The notes beneath the pieces were generated by a model. That model searched no databases and was not told the DNA's origin. It saw only the letters and a program-made list of their open reading frames with translations. 64,000 nt of DNA. Origin: Minisyncoccota bacterium. GTDB lineage: Bacteria; Patescibacteriota; Minisyncoccia; Phycocordibacterales; JACRKE01. A program made the translations under genes and the position numbers. Location: the NCBI GenBank assembly GCA_041660505.1, contig JBAZWG010000001.1:609768-673767 (forward strand), given 5' to 3'. Positions 8,547 to 17,719 of this stretch are shown piece by piece. Position 1 is the first letter of the stretch, and each line of letters starts with the position of its first letter.

Positions 8547-9404
8547 ATGAGCAATGGAACGTTGGTTGATCCAGTGAGTCCAGAAGAGTACCACCGGGCG
8601 AGGCAGAAGTTGCAAGAATTCTTTACCAAGAAGGGTCTCACCTGGGCGGTCGCTCAGCAGAGGCTCTCAATTCTCTCGGCCTGCGAGAACCATCTCTCCA
8701 TCGCGCTCCACGCATTTGCCGGCCAGACCTGGCCACTCCATCAGACGAACCAGATGGAGTTGGAAAAGATGCTCTTGGAGAACCAGGGGTCGACGGGCTA
8801 TTTCTGCGACACGACCTCGTATCGCGAGGAACCGACCCCCAAGAAGGGCAGGCACAACCTGATCTTCCCTATGGTGGAGTTCGAGCTCCCAGGGAACTTC
8901 GAGGTGCTCCTGGCCTTCCTGCAGGATCTCGTCCAGCACCTCGGATTCGTCAAGGCGCCGGCCCCCGTCGTTGACTACCGCGACTACGCCAAGAAGTGCG
9001 GAGTCGAGGAGCTCGGCGATGAACACGAAACCCAACTCTTCCGCGAGCTCGGTCCGGTCGTGATGCTCGTCGACTTCCCGATGAGCACCTCGCCGTTCTG
9101 GAACATGCGGCTCGACGGCGGTCCCGGCGAAAAGATCGCACGAAAGTGCGACGTCATCGTCTGCGGACAGGAGACGATCGGTAGCGCCGAGCGCTCTTGC
9201 GATCCCGAGCAGATGCGGAAGTCCTTCCGTGCAGTCTCTGGTGGAGACTACGCGAGGACGCTCTTCGCACGCTTCTGCAGCGGGCGGGTCCTGGAGGAGT
9301 TGGAAGACTTCCTCTCGCTTCCGTTCTTCCCGCGCTGTGGCGGAGGAATCGGGATGACCCGGCTCATCCGGGCTACACGGATGGTCGGCCTCATTGACAA
9401 GTAG
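8547..9404 (+). CDS. class II aaRS (AsnRS/AspRS)-like catalytic-domain protein, possible asparagine synthetase A-type ligase
   Basis: Motif 2 TSYREE...GRH...FPMVEFE, SPFWNM, QETIGSAER, motif 3 PRCGGGIGMTRL; no anticodon-binding OB domain; SD AAGGAGG. Confidence 0.8.
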   Translation: MSNGTLVDPVSPEEYHRARQKLQEFFTKKGLTWAVAQQRLSILSACENHLSIALHAFAGQTWPLHQTNQMELEKMLLENQGSTGYFCDTTSYREEPTPKKGRHNLIFPMVEFELPGNFEVLLAFLQDLVQHLGFVKAPAPVVDYRDYAKKCGVEELGDEHETQLFRELGPVVMLVDFPMSTSPFWNMRLDGGPGEKIARKCDVIVCGQETIGSAERSCDPEQMRKSFRAVSGGDYARTLFARFCSGRVLEELEDFLSLPFFPRCGGGIGMTRLIRATRMVGLIDK

Positions 9405-9417
9405 TACGGTCAACCTA

Positions 9418-9453
9418 GAACCGGCTCCCTTCGTTCGCGAAGGGAGCCGGTTT
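9418..9453 (+). terminator. GC-rich hairpin terminator
   Basis: AACCGGCTCCCTTCG-TTCG-CGAAGGGAGCCGGTT. Confidence 0.7.
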
Positions 9454-9470
9454 CGCGTCTGCCTAGCATT

Positions 9471-9510
9471 AGAAGGTTCAACCTTTTTGATGCTTAAGGT
9501 TGAACCTTCT
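9471..9510. repeat. REP-like doublet family A (AAGGTTNAACCTT-N10-AAGGTTNAACCTT), copy 1
   Basis: Six copies with constant 10-nt spacer at 9471, 13414, 13729, 14772, 15892 and 17720. Confidence 0.85.
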
Positions 9511-9526
9511 TGTGCGTTATAAAACG

Positions 9527-9564
9527 AAAAGGGGATCGCGACCTTGCGGTTGCGACCCCCTTTT
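9527..9564 (-). terminator. terminator of pyrFE
   Basis: AAAAGGGGGTCGC...GCGATCCCCTTTT on the minus strand. Confidence 0.7.
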
Positions 9565-9583
9565 GAACCAGATGAAAGCAGGA

Positions 9584-10189
9584 TTACTTCTTGCCCTTGC
9601 CGACGTCCATACTCACGGGGATGTCGGCTTCGCAGAACGAGCACTCCTCCGATGCCCATGAGTCGAGAGTGATGTTCACTAGCGACTCAAGCCTCGGCGC
9701 GCCAATATCGAAAGCGGTGACGCCTCCGCGATTGCAGATAGCGCCCACGCCCACGACCTCGCCGCCGATGGCGCGGACGACCTCGACGACCTTCTTCACC
9801 GAGCCGCCGGTCGTCAGGACATCCTCGACGACGAGCACTGTCTTGCCAGCCACGATCTTGTCGTAACCGCGCTTCACTACGAACCCGCCGTCGGCCGACT
9901 TCTCGGCGTAGACACTCATTGCGTCTGAGTGTACGAGCTCCGAGAGTTGATAGGCCACCCATTGGGAGAGGATGAGCCCGCCCATCGCGGGCCCGACGAC
10001 CACCTGCGGTCGTTCTGCCAAGAAGCGGCCGGCCAGGTACAGGCAGAGCTCGCCCGTCAACCTAGGATGCACGTAAATCGCATCCTTGTTGATGTACCTG
10101 TTGCCGTGCCGGCCACTTGTGTAGACGAAGTGGCCCTCGAGTAAGGCACCCACTGCCTTGATCTTCTCCATGACACTGACTTCTTTCAT
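9584..10189 (-). CDS. pyrE: orotate phosphoribosyltransferase
   Basis: LLEGHFVYTSGRH, YINKD, PRPP motif VLVVEDVLTTGGS; SD AAGGAGG before ATG 10189. Confidence 0.92.
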   Translation of the reverse strand: MKEVSVMEKIKAVGALLEGHFVYTSGRHGNRYINKDAIYVHPRLTGELCLYLAGRFLAERPQVVVGPAMGGLILSQWVAYQLSELVHSDAMSVYAEKSADGGFVVKRGYDKIVAGKTVLVVEDVLTTGGSVKKVVEVVRAIGGEVVGVGAICNRGGVTAFDIGAPRLESLVNITLDSWASEECSFCEADIPVSMDVGKGKK

Positions 10190-10205
10190 GAGACCTCCTT
10201 GCGGG

Positions 10206-11039
10206 TCATGATCGGTATCGGTTGATTGCGTCATGCAGTCGCTGCGTCTCGCGTCGCGCCGCCTCTGCGAAGTTCTGTCCGCCACCGGCGAAGATGATGC
10301 TCCGTGAGGCGGCAATGATCATGCCTTGACCCCGCGAGTCTTTGCCAGCAGCGACGGTCGCTTCGAGATCTCCGCCTTGCGCGCCGATACCCGGGACGAG
10401 GATTGGCATGTCGCCGACAATCTTGCGCACGGCGCGCAGTTCGTCGGGATATGTTGCGCCGACGACCACGGCACAGTTGCCGTTCTCGTTCCATGCGCAT
10501 GCAACGTTCAGGGCGACCACTCGGTAGAGCGGCACGCCGCCGACGAGCAGATTCTGGAATTCGCCGGCGCCGACATTTGACGACCTGCAGACGATTATAC
10601 AACCCTTGTCCTTCTGGGCGAGGAATGGCTCGAGAGCCTCCTTGCCGAAGTAAGGGTTCAGGGTGACGGCGTCGGCGTGCAGGTATCCGAACGCTTGCTC
10701 GACGTAGCCGACATTGGTGTTGCCAATGTCGGCGTACTTGGCGTCCAAGATGATCGGCACCTCGGGGGCGATGGCATTCGCCTCCGAGACGGTGTGATAG
10801 AGCGCGAGGATGCCCTCGATGCCTTGTGCCACGTAGAAGGCCAAATTGACTTTGTACGCGCAGACGAGGTCGCTGGTGTGCTCGATGATGGCGCGGTTGA
10901 ACGCGCGAATCCTATCGAGCTTCGACGGGTACTTGACCTCCGCCGGGATCTTGCCGAGCTCGCTGTCGAGTCCGACGCAGACGCTCTTGCCTTGCTCCCA
11001 CCGAGCCTTGAGCATCTCCATGAAGTTTCTGGTCTTCAA
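10206..11039 (-). CDS. pyrF: orotidine-5'-phosphate decarboxylase
   Basis: VCVGLDS, AYKVN, ILDAKYADIGNT, VVGATYP, LVPGIGAQGG, SRSIIFA; start TTG 11039 or ATG 11021. Confidence 0.95.
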   Translation of the reverse strand: MKTRNFMEMLKARWEQGKSVCVGLDSELGKIPAEVKYPSKLDRIRAFNRAIIEHTSDLVCAYKVNLAFYVAQGIEGILALYHTVSEANAIAPEVPIILDAKYADIGNTNVGYVEQAFGYLHADAVTLNPYFGKEALEPFLAQKDKGCIIVCRSSNVGAGEFQNLLVGGVPLYRVVALNVACAWNENGNCAVVVGATYPDELRAVRKIVGDMPILVPGIGAQGGDLEATVAAGKDSRGQGMIIAASRSIIFAGGGQNFAEAARRETQRLHDAINRYRS

Positions 11040-11230
11040 ATTCTGCCTCGCTTTCACTTGGTTCAATGAACAGTATGAGCCGGACTATCCGGCTCAAAAT
11101 CTCCTTGACACTATCAAAAATATAGTTAGAAATCAAGCTCGAAAATTTGCGGGAAATTATTTTTAAAACAAAAACAGGATGCCGGCTACAGAGAGCTTGC
11201 ATCCTGTTCGAGCGAACATTACCGGACGAG

Positions 11231-12124
11231 TCATTCGTCGGTGAGTTCGCTAAGGATCGATGAGAATATGGTCTCGCCCCGCTCCAGATAAGCGGTGGCG
11301 ATTTGCACGGCCGAGGCACCGGCCAAGATGTACTCGCGCACGCCGGTGCTATGGATAATGCCGCCGACGCCTATGAGTTGCTGGGTGCTCGGCAGGAGCG
11401 CACGCAGTTGCCTGACCTGCCCCAGGCCGATAGGCTTTAGTGCCGGGCCGGCCATGCCCGCGAGTCCTCCGGCTGGAGTGATTCGTGGCGCTTCACCATT
11501 GAGGCCGAAGGCGTTGGGAAAGGTGTTGACGGTTGTGACCGCCTTCACCAACTTCGACTTGCCGATCACCTCCGCCACTTGCGCAAGTTGGAAAGGGTCG
11601 GAGTAAGGCGAAACCTTACACGCGATCTTCGCCTCGGCTCCGACCCACGTTTCTACCTGTCGCAAGATGTTCGCAACAAGCACGGGGTCGAAGCAGGCAA
11701 TCCGCTTCTGCATCCCGCCCTGCCAGACGTTGGGACAGCCGAGGTTGAGCTCGACCATGTCGGCCCCGCCGGCGAAGGCGATCTTAGACATTATCGCGTA
11801 CTCCTCGGCCGAGAAGCCGGCGATACTCACGAAGAGTGGCTTGCCATGCGCATGTGCCTCCGCCACCATCGCGGGCAGTTTGAGCCCATAGTACTCTATC
11901 CCTCTATTCGGCAAGCCGAGAGAGTTTAGCGAGTAATCTGACTCTACCCAGTACACGTTGCCACCGTTGCCTTGACGAGGCTCCATGGTGATAGAGCCGA
12001 CCATGATGGCCGCGGTGGCAGAACGGGCGAGCTGGCTTACCTCCTCCAGCAGCCGGCAGGTACCCGCCGCGTTCATGAGCGGGTGCTCAAGCGGGATACC
12101 GGCGAGCGTAGTTTCAAAGTTCAT
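11231..12124 (-). CDS. pyrD: dihydroorotate dehydrogenase (class 1)
   Basis: PLMNAAG, NSLGLPNRG, ELNLGCPN (catalytic Cys), VNTF, GVGGI, GASAVQIATA; SD AAGGAGGT. Confidence 0.92.
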   Translation of the reverse strand: MNFETTLAGIPLEHPLMNAAGTCRLLEEVSQLARSATAAIMVGSITMEPRQGNGGNVYWVESDYSLNSLGLPNRGIEYYGLKLPAMVAEAHAHGKPLFVSIAGFSAEEYAIMSKIAFAGGADMVELNLGCPNVWQGGMQKRIACFDPVLVANILRQVETWVGAEAKIACKVSPYSDPFQLAQVAEVIGKSKLVKAVTTVNTFPNAFGLNGEAPRITPAGGLAGMAGPALKPIGLGQVRQLRALLPSTQQLIGVGGIIHSTGVREYILAGASAVQIATAYLERGETIFSSILSELTDE

Positions 12125-12354
12125 GTGACCTCCTTAAGGTCTTTTTTTGTGCTCGTTATTCTCTTTATGCTGTATGTAAGTTAACAAATATGACCTGTTT
12201 TATCAACACAAAAAAACTTGCATAAAGACGCAATCTGTGCTATTATCCATACCAGCTTGCTACCGTCCCTGATTACTTCAGGGTATGTTGCGGGAGCAAA
12301 TGAGACAGAACGCCCCAGAAAAATCTAGAGCGTTTTGTGTTTAGAGGAGGGACA

Positions 12355-12555
12355 ATGTCCTCGGTCTTCCACCCTACGGATCTGCTCGTCTTTCCCGCGC
12401 ATACCGAGCATGCGCGGCTGATTCTGCTCGCAGTTTGCGAGCATGAGGACGAGAAGATCCACTTCGAGGCGGCTCGGGCCGCAGACGTTCCCGTGCTTGT
12501 CGCGCTCTGCGACGTGTACGGGATTCCCCACACGGTCCAGCAGGAGGTGAGGTAA
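12355..12555 (+). CDS. hypothetical protein (66 aa)
   Basis: SD GAGGAGG; promoter TTGCAT...TGcTATTAT upstream with a structured leader. Confidence 0.55.
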   Translation: MSSVFHPTDLLVFPAHTEHARLILLAVCEHEDEKIHFEAARAADVPVLVALCDVYGIPHTVQQEVR

Positions 12556-12556
12556 G

Positions 12557-12760
12557 ATGGGACGACCCCCTTTCCGCACCACCGGCAGATACAGGTCACC
12601 GGCCGTTCAGCCGGAGAAGCCCATTGGCCGCTTCGGCAACGAGGATCCGCGGATTCTGCTGAACGAGCAGGAGCCGGCGGATCCCGAGGCCCAGCGCCGG
12701 GCCAACGTCCTCATGGGGCGCGACCCGGATGAGAAGGACCCTGGGCCGCCCCTCCTCTGA
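12557..12760 (+). CDS. hypothetical Pro-rich protein (67 aa)
   Basis: GGAGGTGAGGT SD coupled to the upstream stop; hairpin terminator at 12787-12838. Confidence 0.5.
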   Translation: MGRPPFRTTGRYRSPAVQPEKPIGRFGNEDPRILLNEQEPADPEAQRRANVLMGRDPDEKDPGPPLL

Positions 12761-12935
12761 CACTCCCGCAACACTCGGTAAAGATCGCCCCGGTTCGCGC
12801 GTACACCATACGCTGCGAGCCGGGGCTTTCGACTTTTTATACACTTTGCGCTAGATATCTTTTATAGTATAGTAAATAGAATATTTATCTGCCTCTACGG
12901 CAGACCGCCGATGAGGCGGTTAATAAGAATAATTT

Positions 12936-13403
12936 ATGAATAATCGCAACATTGCAATTGTCATAGCCATCATCGTCATAATTATCCTCGGATACTTTAT
13001 GTTTTCGAAGAAGGCAGTGACCGCACAGAACGGCTCGGTTGTTACAGTTAATTACGTCGGCTCGCTCCAGAACGGCACCAAGTTCGATGCCTCGGCAGAT
13101 CACGGCGGTCCGCTCACACTTACACTCGGCCCTATTGGTCCGAACGGTGAAGGCTACGTCATCCCGGGTTGGGAAGAGGGACTTATCGGTATGACAGTCG
13201 GAGAGAAGAAGCACCTCGTTATTCCGCCGGAGAAAGCTTACGGCGACAAGCAGATGGGCCCTATCCCGCCGAACTCGACTCTTGTCTTCGATGTAGAAAT
13301 GCTTGATATCCAGCCAGCCGGCCCGAAGCCAGTAGAGCCTCATTTCCCACCGGCACCGGCCTTGGCCCAGCCAGAAACACAGGGCACAACTACAACGCAG
13401 TAG
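12936..13403 (+). CDS. FKBP-type peptidyl-prolyl isomerase, membrane-anchored
   Basis: N-terminal TM; VNYVGSLQNGTKFDAS, VIPGWEEGL, IPPEKAYG, IPPNSTLVFDVE. Confidence 0.93.
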   Translation: MNNRNIAIVIAIIVIIILGYFMFSKKAVTAQNGSVVTVNYVGSLQNGTKFDASADHGGPLTLTLGPIGPNGEGYVIPGWEEGLIGMTVGEKKHLVIPPEKAYGDKQMGPIPPNSTLVFDVEMLDIQPAGPKPVEPHFPPAPALAQPETQGTTTTQ

Positions 13404-13413
13404 CCCACTGGCA

Positions 13414-13449
13414 GAGGTTCGACCTTAGGCATTCAAAAGGTCGAACCTC
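13414..13449. repeat. REP-like doublet family A, copy 2
   Basis: GAGGTTCGACCTT-N10-AAGGTCGAACCTC. Confidence 0.8.
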
Positions 13450-13532
13450 AAGAATGCATGCCAATACTTGCGTTAAGCCGTATAATTTGATAGTATTTCA
13501 TTCAAGCTCTTACGTAGAGCTTGAATGCTTTT

Positions 13533-13718
13533 ATGGCAAAAACATCAGTAATCGCGCGTTCGAAAAAGACGCCTAAATTCTCGACCAGATTGGTCCGCCG
13601 CTGTTTCCGTTGCGGTCGCAAGCGCGGCTACATGCGCGACTTCGACGTTTGCCGAATTTGCTTCCGCGAGCTAGCGAATGAAGGCATGATCCCGGGCATC
13701 CGGAAGTCAAGCTGGTAA
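13533..13718 (+). CDS. rpsN: 30S ribosomal protein S14 (type Z, zinc-binding)
   Basis: MAKTS...RCFRCGRKRGYMRDFDVCRICFRELA...PGIRKSSW. Confidence 0.97.
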   Translation: MAKTSVIARSKKTPKFSTRLVRRCFRCGRKRGYMRDFDVCRICFRELANEGMIPGIRKSSW

Positions 13719-13728
13719 AATAATGACA

Positions 13729-13768
13729 AGAAGGTTCAACCTTTAAGATGCCCAAGGTTGAACCTTCT
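13729..13768. repeat. REP-like doublet family A, copy 3
   Basis: AGAAGGTTCAACCTT-N10-AAGGTTGAACCTTCT. Confidence 0.85.
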
Positions 13769-13783
13769 AGACAAAAATATTTC

Positions 13784-14182
13784 ATGACCATCGACCCATT
13801 AGCAAACATGCTCATCCAGATCAAGAACGGTAGCGTCGCCAAAAAGGAGACGATTACCGTGCCTTTGTCTAACATGAAGTTTGCTGTCGCAGAAGTTCTT
13901 AAGCGCGCCGGATTCGTGAAGGACACAGCCAAGCGCGGCAAGAAAGAGAATCGCTCATTCGAGATTGACTTGGCTTACACAACAGAAGGCGAGCCGAAGG
14001 TCACGGGCGTGGAGCGCATCTCCAAACTTTCGCGCCGAGTCTATGCCGGCGCCGGCGAGATTCGCAACTTGCGCCGAGGTAAGCCTGGTATGATGATACT
14101 CTCGACACCGAATGGTATCCTGACAGCATCGGAGGCCAAGAAAGCGAATGTTGGCGGGGAAGTTTTGTTCGCCATTTGGTAA
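13784..14182 (+). CDS. rpsH: 30S ribosomal protein S8
   Basis: DPLANMLIQIKN, RISKLSRRVY, ILSTPNG, GGEVL; true start at 13784. Confidence 0.96.
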   Translation: MTIDPLANMLIQIKNGSVAKKETITVPLSNMKFAVAEVLKRAGFVKDTAKRGKKENRSFEIDLAYTTEGEPKVTGVERISKLSRRVYAGAGEIRNLRRGKPGMMILSTPNGILTASEAKKANVGGEVLFAIW

Positions 14183-14228
14183 TGGCTCACAGATTTAAAC
14201 ATTTCAAGATTTAAATATTTAAAAACTC

Positions 14229-14765
14229 ATGTCACGCGTCGGCAAACAAATTATCGAAATACCCGCAAAAGTTGAGGTTACGCTCAGCACCGGTACGATG
14301 CGCATCAAAGGACCTTTGGGCGAACTCACCAGAGAATTCAAAGACGACATCGAGATTACAATTGCCGACAAGCAAATTACACTTAAGCCGAAAGTCGAAA
14401 CGATTTTTACCCGCTCGCTCTGGGGCACATACGCCGCACACATCATCAACATGATCAAGGGCGTGACGGAAGGTTACATGAAGAAGATGACGATAGAGGG
14501 TGTCGGCTATAAAGTGGAGCTCAAAGGCACACAGCTCGTCTTCGCTCTCGGATTTTCTCACCCAGTACCGATGGATATCCCTAAGGGCATCAAAGCTGTT
14601 GTAGAGAAGAACGTTTTGACTATTTCCGGACCGGATAAAGATCTGGTCGGATTATTCTCCGCGCAGATTGTGGCGCACAAACCGCCGGAGCCGTACAAGG
14701 GTAAGGGTATAATTTACGCCGGTACTGTCGTCCGCAGGAAGCAGGGGAAGAGGTCTGTTGCTTAA
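14229..14765 (+). CDS. rplF: 50S ribosomal protein L6
   Basis: MSRVGKQ, GVGYK, LGFSHP, PPEPYKGKGI. Confidence 0.97.
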   Translation: MSRVGKQIIEIPAKVEVTLSTGTMRIKGPLGELTREFKDDIEITIADKQITLKPKVETIFTRSLWGTYAAHIINMIKGVTEGYMKKMTIEGVGYKVELKGTQLVFALGFSHPVPMDIPKGIKAVVEKNVLTISGPDKDLVGLFSAQIVAHKPPEPYKGKGIIYAGTVVRRKQGKRSVA

Positions 14766-14771
14766 CGGCTT

Positions 14772-14811
14772 AGAAGGTTAAACCTTCTAGATGCCCAAGG
14801 TTTAACCTTCT
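14772..14811. repeat. REP-like doublet family A, copy 4
   Basis: Identical to 15892-15931. Confidence 0.88.
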
Positions 14812-14826
14812 AAGACAAGACAAAAC

Positions 14827-15177
14827 ATGAAAACAACAAATTCAAAAAAATTAAAACGAGACCGACGCCACACGAAGATCAGGACGCGCGTTTTTGGTAC
14901 GTCTGCCAAGCCTCGCCTCGCAGTCTTCCGTTCCAACGCTTTCGTCTACGCACAGATTATCGATGATGAGGCGGGCAAGACACTTTTGGCCGCGAGCGAC
15001 CTCAAAATGAAAGATGGGACCAAGCTTGCGCGCGCAGAAAAAGTGGGCGAGACGATAGCTGTGGCTGCCAAGGCGAAGAAAATCGGTACTGTTGTATTTG
15101 ATCGCGGCGGATTCATCTACGCCGGACGCGTTAAGGCTGTTGCCGATGCCGCACGTAAAGGAGGATTGCAATTCTAA
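14827..15177 (+). CDS. rplR: 50S ribosomal protein L18
   Basis: [38 protein letters not shown]. Confidence 0.97.
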   Translation: MKTTNSKKLKRDRRHTKIRTRVFGTSAKPRLAVFRSNAFVYAQIIDDEAGKTLLAASDLKMKDGTKLARAEKVGETIAVAAKAKKIGTVVFDRGGFIYAGRVKAVADAARKGGLQF

Positions 15178-15213
15178 AGTTGAAAGTCAAAAGTATAAAG
15201 TTCATAAAGTAAA

Positions 15214-15879
15214 ATGGAAGACACTACAAAAAAAACAGAATCAGCAGTTCCTACGCCGAAGCCAGCCGGTAGCCCGATTTACGTACCCAAGGAGCCTTCA
15301 AGAAGCTATCAAGGACAAGGCGGCCCGCGCAATTCGAGCGGTCCTCGCACGGGAGGTGCTCCGGGGGGAGGTCAAGGAGGCTTCGGCGGACAGCGCGGAG
15401 GTCCGCGCGGTCAAGGTGGCCGAGGCGGAGACAGGCGTGCACCGCGCACACCTTCGGAATACGATCAGAAAATTTTGAACATTCGCCGTGTGGCGCGTGT
15501 TGTGGCCGGTGGCCGTCGCTTCACTTTCTCTGTCGCTATGGTGCTCGGCAACCGCAAGGGTTCTGTCGGCGTCGGTGTCGGCAAGGCGGGAGATACGACC
15601 TTGGCTATCGACAAAGCTTCGCGTGTTGCCAAGAAGCACATGATCAAGCTCAACCTGACGAAGGACAAATCCATCGCTCACGAAATCACCGAGAAATACT
15701 CAAGCGCGACAGTAATGCTCCGCCCGGCCAAGGGTAAGGGGCTTGTTGCCGGCAGTGCTGTGCGCTCTGTGCTCGAGCTCGGCGGTGTAACAGACACGAC
15801 AGCGAAGATTCTTTCACCGTCGAAGAACAAATTGAACATCGCGCAAGCGACGATAAAGGCACTGAACAAACTCAAATAA
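15214..15879 (+). CDS. rpsE: 30S ribosomal protein S5 with Gly/Arg-rich N-terminal extension
   Basis: IRRVARVVAGGRRFTF, GVGVGKA, GLVAGSAVRSVLELGGV. Confidence 0.96.
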   Translation: MEDTTKKTESAVPTPKPAGSPIYVPKEPSRSYQGQGGPRNSSGPRTGGAPGGGQGGFGGQRGGPRGQGGRGGDRRAPRTPSEYDQKILNIRRVARVVAGGRRFTFSVAMVLGNRKGSVGVGVGKAGDTTLAIDKASRVAKKHMIKLNLTKDKSIAHEITEKYSSATVMLRPAKGKGLVAGSAVRSVLELGGVTDTTAKILSPSKNKLNIAQATIKALNKLK

Positions 15880-15891
15880 TTTTAACGACTT

Positions 15892-15931
15892 AGAAGGTTA
15901 AACCTTCTAGATGCCCAAGGTTTAACCTTCT
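15892..15931. repeat. REP-like doublet family A, copy 5
   Basis: Lies where rpmD (L30) normally sits. Confidence 0.88.
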
Positions 15932-15942
15932 AAGACAAAAAC

Positions 15943-16374
15943 ATGCAATCCCACGAACTCAAGCGCAAACATCCGAATAAACGAACCAAGCTCGTTGGCC
16001 GTGGCAGTAAGCGCGGTAAGACGTCCGGTCGCGGTACCAAAGGCCAGAACGCCCGCGCCGGTCACAAAAAACGCCCCGAAATTCGCGAGCGTATCAAGAA
16101 GATTCCTAAACTCCGCGGTTATCGCTGGAACGGTGCTATTATGGACAAGGCGATTGTCATTAATGTCGGCGACCTGAACAAGTTCGAGGCCGGCGCCGAG
16201 GTTACCCCGCGCACGCTCGTGAAGAAGCATCTCATCAATATGCCGAAGGATGCGCGCATGATTGTGAAGATTCTTGGCGGAGGCGAAATCAAGCTTGCCT
16301 ACAAAGTTTCTCACTGCTTCGTCTCGAAGAGTGCAAAAGAGAAGATTGAGAAAGCGGGAGGAACAGTGAAATAA
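15943..16374 (+). CDS. rplO: 50S ribosomal protein L15
   Basis: VGRGSKRGKTSGRGTKGQNARAG, KILGGGE, SAKEKIEKAGG. Confidence 0.96.
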   Translation: MQSHELKRKHPNKRTKLVGRGSKRGKTSGRGTKGQNARAGHKKRPEIRERIKKIPKLRGYRWNGAIMDKAIVINVGDLNKFEAGAEVTPRTLVKKHLINMPKDARMIVKILGGGEIKLAYKVSHCFVSKSAKEKIEKAGGTVK

Positions 16375-16434
16375 TGAACTCGGAAGCCTTGCTTCTGAGA
16401 ACAAGACCCGGAAGCGAGGCTTCCAAGTACAAAA

Positions 16435-17706
16435 ATGGACAAATTCATAGAAAAACTCAAAGTTGTTTTCGGAGATAAGAACCTGCGCAACCGGGTCTAT
16501 TTCGTTCTCGGCGCGCTTATTATCTTCCGCTTCCTTTCATCTATTCCCATTGCGGGCGTTGATAAACTCAAGCTCGATCAATTGCTGACAGGCAATCAAT
16601 TCCTCGGCTTCTTGAACATTTTCTCCGGCGGCGGGCTCTCGACCCTTTCTATTGTCATGCTCGGAGTCGGCCCCTATATCACCGGCTCTATTATAATGCA
16701 GCTCCTTACTATCATCTTCCCCAAGCTTAAGGAGATGTATCAAGAGGATGGCGAAGCTGGCAGAAAGAAGTTCGTTCAATATTCACGTCTCCTCACCGTG
16801 CCTCTGGCAATCTTCCAGGGCTTCGGACTTTTATTTTTACTTCGCCAATCAGGCGTCGTTGTGGCCGACACTGTCTTCGATCAGATGGTTAACATCATCG
16901 TCGTCACTGGCGGCTCTGTCCTCGTGATGTGGATAGGCGAGCTTATGACCGAATATGGCATAGGCAACGGTACGTCTATAATAATCTTCGCAGGTATCAT
17001 TGCACAGATGCCGTCGACTATCGGCCAGATGTTCGCCTCGTTTACTGTGGCGCAGATCCCGACCTATCTCGTATTTCTCGTAGTCTCCATCATCATCATC
17101 GCCGGTGTAGTAATAATTACAGAAGCAGAGCGCCCAGTGCCAGTGACTTATGCCAAGCGTGTGCGCGGGGCCAAGATGTACGGCGGTGTTTCGACGTATC
17201 TGCCGATACGCTTGAATCAGGCAGGCGTCATGCCGATAATTTTCGCGCTCTCGCTCTTGCTTTTGCCCCAGATGATAGCGACATTCCTCCTCGGCCTGCA
17301 TCAGTCAACTTTGCAGGCGATAGGAACATTCCTTCGCGACTTGGTGGCGAACCAGCTTTACTATGCGATCTTCTATTTCCTTCTCGTTTTTCTCTTCACT
17401 TACTTCTATACGGCCATCACCTTCGACCCAGACAATATCGCGACAAACTTACAGAAGAACGGCGCCTTCATCCCCGGTGTTCGCCCCGGCAAGCCGACGG
17501 CCGAGCACTTATCCCGTATTCTCGTGCGCGTGACCTTTGTCGGCGCATTATTCCTTGGTATAATCGCAGTGTTACCTCTGGGCATCAGATCTATTACCGG
17601 CATCACCGCGTTATCTATCGGCGGTACCTCGCTCCTCATCGTTGTGTCCGTGGTGCTTGATCTCATTAAGCAGATGAACGCGCAGATCTCGATGAGAGAG
17701 TACTAA
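16435..17706 (+). CDS. secY: preprotein translocase subunit SecY
   Basis: LGVGPYITGSIIMQLL, GIGNGTSIIIFAGI, AGVMPIIFA, IPGVRPG, GGTSLLIVVSV. Confidence 0.98.
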   Translation: MDKFIEKLKVVFGDKNLRNRVYFVLGALIIFRFLSSIPIAGVDKLKLDQLLTGNQFLGFLNIFSGGGLSTLSIVMLGVGPYITGSIIMQLLTIIFPKLKEMYQEDGEAGRKKFVQYSRLLTVPLAIFQGFGLLFLLRQSGVVVADTVFDQMVNIIVVTGGSVLVMWIGELMTEYGIGNGTSIIIFAGIIAQMPSTIGQMFASFTVAQIPTYLVFLVVSIIIIAGVVIITEAERPVPVTYAKRVRGAKMYGGVSTYLPIRLNQAGVMPIIFALSLLLLPQMIATFLLGLHQSTLQAIGTFLRDLVANQLYYAIFYFLLVFLFTYFYTAITFDPDNIATNLQKNGAFIPGVRPGKPTAEHLSRILVRVTFVGALFLGIIAVLPLGIRSITGITALSIGGTSLLIVVSVVLDLIKQMNAQISMREY

Positions 17707-17719
17707 AGAATCAAGCGAA

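Noticed and set aside
8667-9659. 330-aa minus-strand ORF
   Set aside because: Antisense to the AsnRS-like gene and runs through terminators
13748-13783. N-terminal extension of S8 (MPKVEPSR)
   Set aside because: The ATG comes from the repeat spacer; S8 homology starts at 13784
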